From contig JADQCD010000127.1 of the NCBI GenBank assembly GCA_016278285.1, positions 1-52,555 on the forward strand: 52,555 bases of DNA, read 5' to 3'. A program made the position numbers and the translations under genes. The notes under the pieces were generated by a model. That model was not told the DNA's origin and searched no databases. It was given only the letters and a program-made list of their open reading frames with translations. Positions 19,410 through 27,661 of this stretch are shown here, one piece after another (position 1 is the stretch's first letter; each line of letters starts with the position of its first letter). This DNA is from Actibacterium sp. GTDB lineage: Bacteria > Pseudomonadota > Alphaproteobacteria > Rhodobacterales > Rhodobacteraceae.

Positions 19410-21307
19410 GATATCGCGGCCTCCCGAGCCGTGTCCCAGATTGTGCACAAGGTGCGGAAGCGGTCGGTCATCTGCGCCACCGCCGCCGCGTTGGTGATCT
19501 CTCCGGCCATCCAGGCCCGCGCGGCGTGGCCAAAAATCGTGCGGCCCACGGCGAATCCGCGCACCAGGGGCTGTTTCGCCGCGCGGGCGAAGCTTTCGGC
19601 CAGGTCGGCCTCGGGGGCGTCGAGCCCCAGAACCACGATCCCGCGGGTGTGGGGATCGTTGCGTTCGATCGCGGCCACCGCCTGTTGCCAGGCCGTGTCG
19701 GTGGTCATCGGTTCCAGTTTCCACCAGTCGGGATAGATGCCGGCGTCATAGAATTGCTGGATCAGCGTGGCAGTCGTGGCGTCGTCCACCGCGGCGACCT
19801 TTGAGGGAATCACCTCGAGCAGGAATTCCAGCCCGTTGCGTCGCGCGGCGGTGAACAGCCGCCTGACCCGGCGTTCCTGTAGCGCGCGCGTTTCGGCGTC
19901 GTCGTCGGGATGGCAAAAGACCAGCAGCTTCACCACGTTGTCGCGCGGCCATTCGCACAGCCCGCCCAGGTCGTCGCCCAGATCGGGCTCGAACGCGATC
20001 GGCCGTGCGCCCGGCCATTCCGCAGGCCGCCCGATCCACAGCCCCGATCCGCTGGCGCGGTGCAACGCCGTGCGTCCGATGCGATTGTCGCAAAGGATGC
20101 CATAGCCGCCCCTTCCCTCGGCCACCGCAAGCGCCGCGTCCAGGCACAACTCCTTGAAGGCCGCGCCCTTTTCGGGAGTATAGCCCGGCATCTCTTCCAG
20201 CTGCTTGCGATGATCGAAGGCAAAGGTGCGCAACGTGGACCAGTCGCCATGGCGTGTGGTGGCCCAATGGATCTGGTTCAGCGTGGCATCGTTGCGCAGG
20301 TCGGGGCGAGGGACGCCGCAGTCGAGGAAGAATTCCAGCTCCGCCAGCGAGGGATAGGCCGGGGTGCAGCCATGGCGGCTGACGGCGAAGGCCCCGCAGG
20401 CATTGGCGTATTTCAGCGCCGTGGGCCAATCGGCCCCGTCAAGCCAGCCCTTCAGCAGGCCTGACATGAAGCCGTCACCCGCCCCCAACACGTTGAACAC
20501 CTCGATCGGGAAGCCTGGACCGGTCTGCCCCGCGTCAAGGTTGTCGGGGATCGCGCCCTCGAAGGCGACCGCGCCGGCGGCGCCGCGCTTGCACACCAGC
20601 GTCGCGTCCGAAACTGCGCGCACGGCGCGCAACGCCGCAAGCGTGTCGGTGGTCCCGCCGGCGATATGGAACTCCTCTTCCGTGCCGACGATCAGGTCGA
20701 AATAATGCAGGGTGGATTGCAGCTTTGCGGTGACCGCGTCGCTTGCGACAAAACGGCTTTCGCCATCGCCATGGGCGGCGACCCCCCACAGGTTTGGCCG
20801 ATAATCGATGTCCAGTGCCGTGCGCAGTCCGTGCTTGCGCGCCAGATCCATCGCGCGGATCACCGCAGCTTCGGTGCGCGGATGGCTCAGATGCGTGCCG
20901 GTCGGCACCACGGCGCGGGCCGAGGCGATGTAATCCTCGTCGATATCGCCTTCGCACAACGCCATGTCGGCGCAATCCTCGCGATAGAAGATAAGTGGAA
21001 ACCGGTCCTGGTCCCGAATACCGAGGATCACCAGCGCGGTCAGCCGGTCGGGATCGGTGCGCACGCCCGCCACATCGACGCCCTCGCGGACCAACTGTTC
21101 GCGGATGAAGCGGCCCATATGTTCATCCCCGACCCGCGTGATCAGCCCCGATTTCAGGCCAAGCCGTGCGGTGCCACAGGCGATGTTGGTGGGCGAGCCG
21201 CCGATATATTTCTCGAAACTGCCCATGTCCTCCAGCCGGCCACCGATCTGGGCGCCGTAAAGATCCACGCCTGCGCGTCCGATGGTTATGACGTCCAGAG
21301 CCTTCAT
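19406..21307 (-). CDS. iolC: Bifunctional 5-dehydro-2-deoxygluconokinase / DUF2090-type 5-dehydro-2-deoxyphosphogluconate aldolase
   Basis: 633 aa. The N-terminal PfkB kinase (MKALDVITIGRAGVDLYG...; NVLGAGDGFMSG) is fused to a ~300-aa C-terminal domain of the DUF2090 type. ATGA overlap with the iolG stop. Confidence 0.9.
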   Translation of the reverse strand: MKALDVITIGRAGVDLYGAQIGGRLEDMGSFEKYIGGSPTNIACGTARLGLKSGLITRVGDEHMGRFIREQLVREGVDVAGVRTDPDRLTALVILGIRDQDRFPLIFYREDCADMALCEGDIDEDYIASARAVVPTGTHLSHPRTEAAVIRAMDLARKHGLRTALDIDYRPNLWGVAAHGDGESRFVASDAVTAKLQSTLHYFDLIVGTEEEFHIAGGTTDTLAALRAVRAVSDATLVCKRGAAGAVAFEGAIPDNLDAGQTGPGFPIEVFNVLGAGDGFMSGLLKGWLDGADWPTALKYANACGAFAVSRHGCTPAYPSLAELEFFLDCGVPRPDLRNDATLNQIHWATTRHGDWSTLRTFAFDHRKQLEEMPGYTPEKGAAFKELCLDAALAVAEGRGGYGILCDNRIGRTALHRASGSGLWIGRPAEWPGARPIAFEPDLGDDLGGLCEWPRDNVVKLLVFCHPDDDAETRALQERRVRRLFTAARRNGLEFLLEVIPSKVAAVDDATTATLIQQFYDAGIYPDWWKLEPMTTDTAWQQAVAAIERNDPHTRGIVVLGLDAPEADLAESFARAAKQPLVRGFAVGRTIFGHAARAWMAGEITNAAAVAQMTDRFRTLCTIWDTAREAAIS

Positions 21308-22311
21308 GGCGCGTCCCGCAGGATATCGGCGACGCGCACGGCACGGCCCTCAGCCGCCGACAGCACGGCCGCATCGGCCAGCGCCAGCGCCATCAGCCCA
21401 TCGTGACCCGTGGCGGGAATCGGGCCGCCCCCGGATGCCGCGACGACGAATTCGGCGATCTCGTTGGCATAGGCAGCGGCATAGCGCGTCATGAAGAAGT
21501 TCAATAGCGGCGGCCGCCCGAAGCCCTCGGTGCTGGCGAACTCGATATTGGCCTCGTGGGTGTTGCGCGCCGCCACCATGCCGGTCGCGCCCAGCACCTC
21601 GACCCGCTGGTCATAGCCATAGGCCGCCCGGCGTGAATTGGTGATGATCGCCTGCTTGCCCGAAGCCGTGCGCAGGATCAGGTTGGCGCTGTCGTAATCG
21701 CCCAGCTCGCCGATGGCGGGATCCACCAGGACCGAACCGCTGGCCATCACCGTCTCGATCTCTTCGCCCAGCAACCAGCGTGCAACATCGAAATCGTGGA
21801 TCGTCATGTCTCGGAATATACCCCCCGAGCGGGCGATATACTCGGCCGGCGGCGCGCCGGGATCGCGGCTGATGATCGTCACCATCTCTACCGCGCCAAC
21901 CCGGCCGGCGTCGATGGCGGCCCGAACGGCACGGAAATCAGGGTCGAAACGGCGGTTGAAGCCGACCATCAGCATGGCGCCCATGTCCTCGACGACGCGC
22001 AGGCAATCGCGCACCCGCGCAAGGCTCAGGTCGATTGGCTTTTCGCAGAATATCGCTTTGCCGGCCCGGGCGAATTGTTCGATCAGGTCTGCATGGGTGT
22101 CGGTCGGGGTGCAGATGATGACCGCGTCGACGTCGTCGCTTTGGGCGATCGTATCGATATCGCGAATGTCGCAGTCATGATTCTCGGCCACCGCCCTGGC
22201 CGCCTCGGGCACCGGATCGGCCACCGCGGTAAGGCGCGCACCGGCCACTGCCGCGATGGCGTCGGCATGCACTCGGCCAATGCGGCCAGTCCCCAGAAGT
22301 CCAAATCTCAT
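21304..22311 (-). CDS. iolG: Inositol 2-dehydrogenase (Gfo/Idh/MocA family)
   Basis: Real start at ATG 22311 (MRFGLLGTGRIGRVHADAI...CEKPIDL...), 335 aa. The upstream part of ORF 21304..22920 is a non-coding extension. Confidence 0.9.
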   Translation of the reverse strand: MRFGLLGTGRIGRVHADAIAAVAGARLTAVADPVPEAARAVAENHDCDIRDIDTIAQSDDVDAVIICTPTDTHADLIEQFARAGKAIFCEKPIDLSLARVRDCLRVVEDMGAMLMVGFNRRFDPDFRAVRAAIDAGRVGAVEMVTIISRDPGAPPAEYIARSGGIFRDMTIHDFDVARWLLGEEIETVMASGSVLVDPAIGELGDYDSANLILRTASGKQAIITNSRRAAYGYDQRVEVLGATGMVAARNTHEANIEFASTEGFGRPPLLNFFMTRYAAAYANEIAEFVVAASGGGPIPATGHDGLMALALADAAVLSAAEGRAVRVADILRDAP

Positions 22312-22466
22312 CTCGTCGCGTCCTTTCGTTACTGTCCGGCCCATTTCGGGACAGGTGCCGGCGGCGTCTTGATCGGCAAAGTCTGTCAAGATCCCGGCGA
22401 CCGCGTGCGGCCGGCGGCGTTCTGCCGACGCGGGACACGCGCGGGCCGACCCTGTCCAGCGGCGCC

Positions 22467-23270
22467 TCAGGCGGCGCCGTCGATGTCGTATTCGGGCTGA
22501 GTCTTTGCCCCGGTTATATAGGCGACCACGTCCTGGCCGTCGGTCTGGTCCCGGTCGAGGTTCGCGACGATCCGACCGCGGCGGAACACGACAATGCGAT
22601 CCACAAGGTCCATGACCTGACGCATGTTGTGGCTGACCAGGATCAGAGGTTCGTTCTGCTCTTTCAGGGTACGCACGATGTTCTCGACCTGCTCGGTCTC
22701 CTGCACGCCCAACGCCGCCGTCGGCTCGTCCATGATCGTCAGCTTGGAGTGGAAGCTGGCGGTCCGGGCGATGGCGACGCATTGGCGCTGGCCGCCCGAC
22801 ATGTTCTGGATCGTGTTGTGGATGTTGGGAATTTTCACGCCGGTCTTCTCCAGCGCGGCAACCGTTTCCTTGTGCATCCTCTTGTAGTCGAGGAACCGGA
22901 ACGGACCCAGCCAGTCCCACTTGGTCTTTTCGCGCCCGAGGAACAGGTTGTCGGCCACGTTGAGGTGGTCGGCCAGCGCCAGCGTCTGGAACACCGCCTC
23001 GATCCCGGCGCGGCGGGCTTCGAGCGGGCCGACGAACTGCACCGGCGCGCCGTCAAAGATGATCTCCCCGCGGGTGGGCTGCTCGACTCCGGTAATCTGG
23101 CGCACGAAGGTCGATTTGCCGGCCCCGTTATCGCCCATGATCGCCACGTGTTCGCCCTGGTGCAGCACGAAATCGGCCCCTTCCAGCGCATGAACGCCGC
23201 CGTAGTGTTTGGTCAGGTCCCGCGTTTCGAGGATGACCTTGTCGGTGTTCGTCATGTCGGCATCGATCAT
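22467..23270 (-). CDS. Sugar (probably inositol) ABC transporter ATP-binding protein
   Basis: 267 aa, single NBD. Walker A GDNGAGKST, signature MSGGQRQ, Walker B IMDEPTAAL. Confidence 0.9.
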   Translation of the reverse strand: MIDADMTNTDKVILETRDLTKHYGGVHALEGADFVLHQGEHVAIMGDNGAGKSTFVRQITGVEQPTRGEIIFDGAPVQFVGPLEARRAGIEAVFQTLALADHLNVADNLFLGREKTKWDWLGPFRFLDYKRMHKETVAALEKTGVKIPNIHNTIQNMSGGQRQCVAIARTASFHSKLTIMDEPTAALGVQETEQVENIVRTLKEQNEPLILVSHNMRQVMDLVDRIVVFRRGRIVANLDRDQTDGQDVVAYITGAKTQPEYDIDGAA

Positions 23271-23283
23271 TTGCGTCTCCTCC

Positions 23284-24369
23284 TCAGACCCGGTCGGCGT
23301 TTCGGCGTTGGCGCCACTGATCGAGCACCACGGCTCCCACGATGATCGCGCCCTTGACCATTTCCTGGTAGTAGGCGTCGAGCTTGAGATAGGTGAACCC
23401 CGAGATGATGACGCCGAAGATCAGCGCCCCCAGAACGGTTCCGATGATCGACCCGCGGCCGCCCTGAAGCGATACGCCCCCGATCACCGCCATGGCTATG
23501 GCGTCAAGTTCGTACATGATGCCCATCCCGGCCTGTGCGGTCAGGTTCTTCGCACTCAGAACGATCGCGGCGACGGCCGCCAGCATCCCCGCGATGGAAT
23601 AGACCAGCGTCAGGTGCCGCTTGACGTTGATCCCGGACATCCGCGCCGCGTCGATGTTCGACCCGATGGCATAGGTGTGCTTGCCATACACGGTGTACCG
23701 CATGACGATGTGGAACAGGACCGCCAGCAACAGGAACCAGACCACCGGCATCATACCCGCCCCGATGGCGGCATAGCCTTCGGTGGGGAACGACACGGGC
23801 TGACCCCTGGTCCACCAGCTGGCCGCGCCGCGAGCCGAAACCATCATTCCCAGCGTGGCGATGAAGGGCGGAATCCCGGTATAGGCGATCAGGGAGCCGT
23901 TGATCAGGCCCGCAAACACCCCCACGCACAGGCCGACGGCAACGGGCACCACCACCGGCAGATTGACCCACCCTTGATCGAGGAAGATCGCGCGCGGGTT
24001 GGCCATGCCGTTGACCTCGGCCACCTGGGCGAAGCTCATCGCCACCATGGCGGTGAAACCCACGACCGAGCCCGAACTCAGGTCGATCCCCCCGGTGATG
24101 ATGACCTGCGTCACGCCGAGCGCGATGATACCGACGATCGCGACCTGAAGAATGATGATCCGGAGCCGCGCTTCGTTGAAGATCGTGTCGAATCGGTCCC
24201 CGGTGTCGAACAGCAGGCTCTGGCCTTCCATGTAGGGCAGCACCTGCCCCAGAATCTCGAATGTCGCGACGATCAGAACCAACGCGATCAGGACGTTGAA
24301 TTCCTGCGGGCGCTTGCGTTTGGAATGATCGTATTTCAGCCCGCCCGTCCCGTGGGTCGCCTCGGCCAT
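23284..24369 (-). CDS. Sugar ABC transporter permease (ribose/xylose-type)
   Basis: 361-aa multi-TM protein with motifs typical of the RbsC/AraH family (GGIDLSSGSV...; TLGMMVSARG). Confidence 0.9.
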   Translation of the reverse strand: MAEATHGTGGLKYDHSKRKRPQEFNVLIALVLIVATFEILGQVLPYMEGQSLLFDTGDRFDTIFNEARLRIIILQVAIVGIIALGVTQVIITGGIDLSSGSVVGFTAMVAMSFAQVAEVNGMANPRAIFLDQGWVNLPVVVPVAVGLCVGVFAGLINGSLIAYTGIPPFIATLGMMVSARGAASWWTRGQPVSFPTEGYAAIGAGMMPVVWFLLLAVLFHIVMRYTVYGKHTYAIGSNIDAARMSGINVKRHLTLVYSIAGMLAAVAAIVLSAKNLTAQAGMGIMYELDAIAMAVIGGVSLQGGRGSIIGTVLGALIFGVIISGFTYLKLDAYYQEMVKGAIIVGAVVLDQWRQRRNADRV

Positions 24370-24449
24370 GCGTCATGTCCTCCCTGTCCGGTTACGCCAG
24401 TCGGGCGGGCGGCGCCACGATGGCCCGCCCGCCGGCCTGCGCTTCGGTC

Positions 24450-25397
24450 TTAGTTTTCGTCCATGAAGCTCTGCATGTTGTCCGGCGTCACCAGCTTGAA
24501 CGGGATATAGACCTTCTGGTTCACGTCCTCTCCGTTGGCCAGCGCCAGCGCGGCATCCAGCGCCCCCGAGCCCTGCCCGGCGGCATCCTGGAACACGGTC
24601 ACGTCAAGATCGCCGGCGGCCATCGACAGCAGCGCGTCCTGCGTGGCGTCCACGCCGGTGACGACCACGTCGTCCATCGAGATGCCCGACGCCTTCATGG
24701 CCTGGATCGCGCCGATGGCCATCTCGTCGTTGTTGGAAAAGACCACGTCGAAATCCTCGCCAGAGGACAGCCAGTTGGTCATCTGGTCCTGGGCCATGTT
24801 GCGCGACCACTCGGCGCTTTGTTCGTCGATCAGGTCGATGAAATTGCACATTGAAATGCCGACGATGTCACGCACGTCCTGGCTGCGCTGAACGGCGGCC
24901 TGGTTCGACAGCTTGCCCATCAGCATATAACCCTTGGCGCCGTTCGACTTGCCCTGCGCGCGCAACATCTTGCAGGCCTCGAAGGCCGCCAGCGTCCCGC
25001 TTTCGACCTCGTTCGAGCCGACGAATGCCTGGTTGTCGGGCAGCGTGTCGACGTTCACCGGCTGGCGGTTGACATAGACCAGCGGCACGCCCGCGCTTTG
25101 CGCTGCGTTGGTTATCGCCTGCGTGGCAGAAGTGTCGACAGGGTTGACGATCATCGCGTCAACGCCCGAGGCGATGAAGTTCTTGATCTGGTTGAGCTGC
25201 TTGGCGACGTCGCTGGTCGCGTCCTCGACCTGCAGGTCGACATCGTCCATCTCGGCGGCGGTCTCGATCATGCCGTTGCGCAACACGGTCAGGAAGTTGT
25301 CGTCGAACCGCGCCATGCTTACCCCGATGGTCTCGGCCATGGCCGAGGTGCTCACCAGAGATGCAAGCGCCGTCGCTGCGATAAGTGTCGTCTTCAT
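24450..25397 (-). CDS. Sugar ABC transporter periplasmic substrate-binding protein (probably inositol-binding)
   Basis: Real start at ATG 25397 (MKTTLIAATALASLVSTSAMA signal peptide), then a type-1 periplasmic binding protein fold (ETIGVSMARFDDNFLTVLRNGM...). Confidence 0.9.
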   Translation of the reverse strand: MKTTLIAATALASLVSTSAMAETIGVSMARFDDNFLTVLRNGMIETAAEMDDVDLQVEDATSDVAKQLNQIKNFIASGVDAMIVNPVDTSATQAITNAAQSAGVPLVYVNRQPVNVDTLPDNQAFVGSNEVESGTLAAFEACKMLRAQGKSNGAKGYMLMGKLSNQAAVQRSQDVRDIVGISMCNFIDLIDEQSAEWSRNMAQDQMTNWLSSGEDFDVVFSNNDEMAIGAIQAMKASGISMDDVVVTGVDATQDALLSMAAGDLDVTVFQDAAGQGSGALDAALALANGEDVNQKVYIPFKLVTPDNMQSFMDEN

Positions 25398-25476
25398 CTG
25401 TTTCCTCCCAATTGTGGTGTCCGGCACACCATTGTCTTCACCGGATTGCCCCCGGCTTCGGGGCGGTTGCCCCGCG

Positions 25477-26292
25477 TCAGGTCGCCTGGGCGGCGAGACG
25501 CGCGGAAATGAAGTCGAACGAGCGGCCGATCGCCCGTTCTGGATCGGGCAGCGCGTGGGTTTCGGGCGCGAAGCATTCGTAAGAGATCGGACCGTCATAT
25601 CCGGCGCGTATCAGCGCCGCGATCTGGTCGACGGTGCCAAGACAATCCGTCTCGTCGACCAGCACGCGATGCGCGTCCTCCATCTGGTCCAGCGAACGGA
25701 TCGGATCGGCAACCCCCGAGATATGGACGATGCCGGTCTGCGCGGGGAAAATCGGCCCGCCCCCTGCCAGCGCGTGGTGAAAGGTGTCATGGACGATGCG
25801 GAACTGGTCGGTTCCGTCCAACGCCTCGATCGTCTCGACCAGATCGGCCTTGAAGCGCAACGACGATGTCGTGAACCCCAGCGGCTCGACCAGCGCGACC
25901 ATGCCGGCATCCTCAAGCATCGGCTTGCACGCTTTCAGCGCGATGCGCAGGTTGGCGTGGCGTTCGCCGTTGCCCAACCCGATGCCGTCGTTGCGCGGGA
26001 TCAGGCTGATCGTCTCGGCCCCTGCCGCCCGCGCGGTGTCGATCAGCGCCGCGACCTCGGCCGCGCGCGCGTCGGACCAGTCGTTAAATGGATAAACCTG
26101 GCTCAGCCCGACCAGCCGCAAGCCCTTGTCGCGGATCATGCGGCGCGCGGCGCCGGGTGGCATCCCGTCGAACAGGGGACGGTCGATATCGTTGCGTAGC
26201 TCGACTCCGACACAATCGAGCGCGGTGGCGAGGTCGAGGAACGCCTCCAGCCCCAGACCGGGCGTCGTCATGTGGTTCAATGCACGTTTCAT
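25477..26292 (-). CDS. Xylose-isomerase-like TIM-barrel protein (IolI-like inosose isomerase candidate)
   Basis: 271 aa of the AP_endonuc_2-type sugar phosphate isomerase/epimerase family (..VGVELRND...EPLGF...HDTFHH...). First gene of the minus-strand iol operon. Confidence 0.8.
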   Translation of the reverse strand: MKRALNHMTTPGLGLEAFLDLATALDCVGVELRNDIDRPLFDGMPPGAARRMIRDKGLRLVGLSQVYPFNDWSDARAAEVAALIDTARAAGAETISLIPRNDGIGLGNGERHANLRIALKACKPMLEDAGMVALVEPLGFTTSSLRFKADLVETIEALDGTDQFRIVHDTFHHALAGGGPIFPAQTGIVHISGVADPIRSLDQMEDAHRVLVDETDCLGTVDQIAALIRAGYDGPISYECFAPETHALPDPERAIGRSFDFISARLAAQAT

Positions 26293-26423
26293 TCGATCCC
26301 CGTCGACGCGCCCCTTTGCCGGTCACGTCGCTCCTCGGGTGCGAGGGTGCACGGGGCCGGTCCGATCGGTCAATCGGGCAGACCGTAAATTACATCATTC
26401 ATGACGTTTTTTTGCGCATGCAA

Positions 26424-26443
26424 AATGACGCTTTTTCGTCATT
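26424..26443. promoter_or_regulatory. Candidate operator in the iol operon promoter region
   Basis: AATGACG-CTTTTT-CGTCATT has perfect 7-nt inverted arms. An extra ATGACG copy lies at 26401-26406 and TTTGC-GCAT-GCAAA at 26411-26424. All sit in a conspicuously AT-rich ~60-bp patch about 130-170 bp upstream of the first operon gene. Confidence 0.35.
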
Positions 26444-26464
26444 CTGATCTGGCCGGCACCTCGA

Positions 26465-27496
26465 TCAAACGATCTCGGGCAGGATCAGCCGGGGAGCCAG
26501 GAAGTGCTGCCCGATCGTCCCATCGGAGGCTTCGTCCTGCGCATGCAACATCAACTGGACCACTTCTGTGCACAATTCACGCAACGGGGTGGACACCACC
26601 ATCCGAACATAACCGTCGAGCAGCCCGGCACGGCTTTCGGTAGTTACCTCGTTGACCACCAACGCCACCTCCTCGGGGGCACGAACCTCTCGCAGGGCGG
26701 CGATGGCGCCTTCCATGCCGCCGCCGGCGACATAGATGCCGGAAAGATCGGGGTGCCGCGTCAGCAGGTCCAGCGTCGCCTCGTAGGTCAGTTGCCGCGT
26801 CTCGAGGTTCACCAGTGTATCGAGCACGGTGAAGGCGGGCGCGTTTTCCCGCATGAAGGCGCGGAACCCGACCTCGCGCAGGTCGTGCCCGTGCCAGCGG
26901 TTGCCCCCCACGAAGATCGCCACCTTCCCAGGTGTGGAACAGGTGCGGGTAATCGTCCACGCCGCCTGGCGACCGACTTTCATGTTGTTCAATCCGATGT
27001 AATTGCGCCGGATTCCCTGGGCGAAATCATTAAGCAGCGAAAACGTCGGAACCCCGGCGTCCTGCAGGTCCTGCACCACCTGGTCGAGCATTCGGTGGTT
27101 GACGGCGATCGCGGCCAGAGCATCGACCTGGCCACCGACATCGCGCAGTAACTGCGCGATTTCTCCAGGCGATTGCGACTGTGCGAACCGGATCACGGCC
27201 GTCGCGCGCACATCGCAGCGCGCAGCCGTCGCGGCCTCGATCTCGCGGCGAAAATTGCGATAGAATTCCTGCTTTTCCTTCAGCTGAACAAACCCCAGCC
27301 GGACCTCGGGCACACTGAGATCCAGCCGTTGATCGAACAACCCGCGCGCGTGATAGCCAATGCGGTGTGCTGCCTCGGCGATCTTGCGCATCGTCTCTTC
27401 GCGCACCGTGACACGACCGTTGAGCGCCCTGTCGACGGTGGACATGCTGACCCCCGCCTCGCGGGCGATATCCTTGATGGTGGCGCGGCGGGCCAT
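26465..27496 (-). CDS. LacI family transcriptional regulator (candidate inositol regulator)
   Basis: 343 aa. N-terminal HTH (ATIKDIAREAGVSMSTVDRALNG) plus a periplasmic-binding-like effector domain. Close paralog of 37101..38126. Confidence 0.9.
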   Translation of the reverse strand: MARRATIKDIAREAGVSMSTVDRALNGRVTVREETMRKIAEAAHRIGYHARGLFDQRLDLSVPEVRLGFVQLKEKQEFYRNFRREIEAATAARCDVRATAVIRFAQSQSPGEIAQLLRDVGGQVDALAAIAVNHRMLDQVVQDLQDAGVPTFSLLNDFAQGIRRNYIGLNNMKVGRQAAWTITRTCSTPGKVAIFVGGNRWHGHDLREVGFRAFMRENAPAFTVLDTLVNLETRQLTYEATLDLLTRHPDLSGIYVAGGGMEGAIAALREVRAPEEVALVVNEVTTESRAGLLDGYVRMVVSTPLRELCTEVVQLMLHAQDEASDGTIGQHFLAPRLILPEIV

Positions 27497-27661
27497 GGCA
27501 CACTCCGATCCTTGTCTTGCCGATATCGGACCACGGATGACGCCCTAACGGCAAGCCATGATATGAAAACCATCATTCACGCCGCCCTTCGAGTCGAAAG
27601 CTGTTGCACATCGAGCGCCGACCCGGTCTCATGCCCCGTGTTGCATAACCAAAGAGGACGC

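Noticed and set aside
19410-19724. Upstream extensions of iolD (to 19724), iolG (to 22920), the SBP (to 25598) and the oxidoreductase (to 30062)
   Set aside because: The extensions overlap upstream genes out of frame and consist of Arg/Gly/Pro-rich sequence. Conserved N-termini and signal peptides begin at the internal ATGs used in the feature list.
25398-25476. Small hairpins (TGGTGT-GCCGG-ACACCA and GGGGC-AACC-GCCCC on the minus strand) between the iolI-like gene and the SBP gene
   Set aside because: The stems are short (5-6 bp) in a GC-rich background, where such pairings arise by chance. This is not enough to call a processing or stabilising element.
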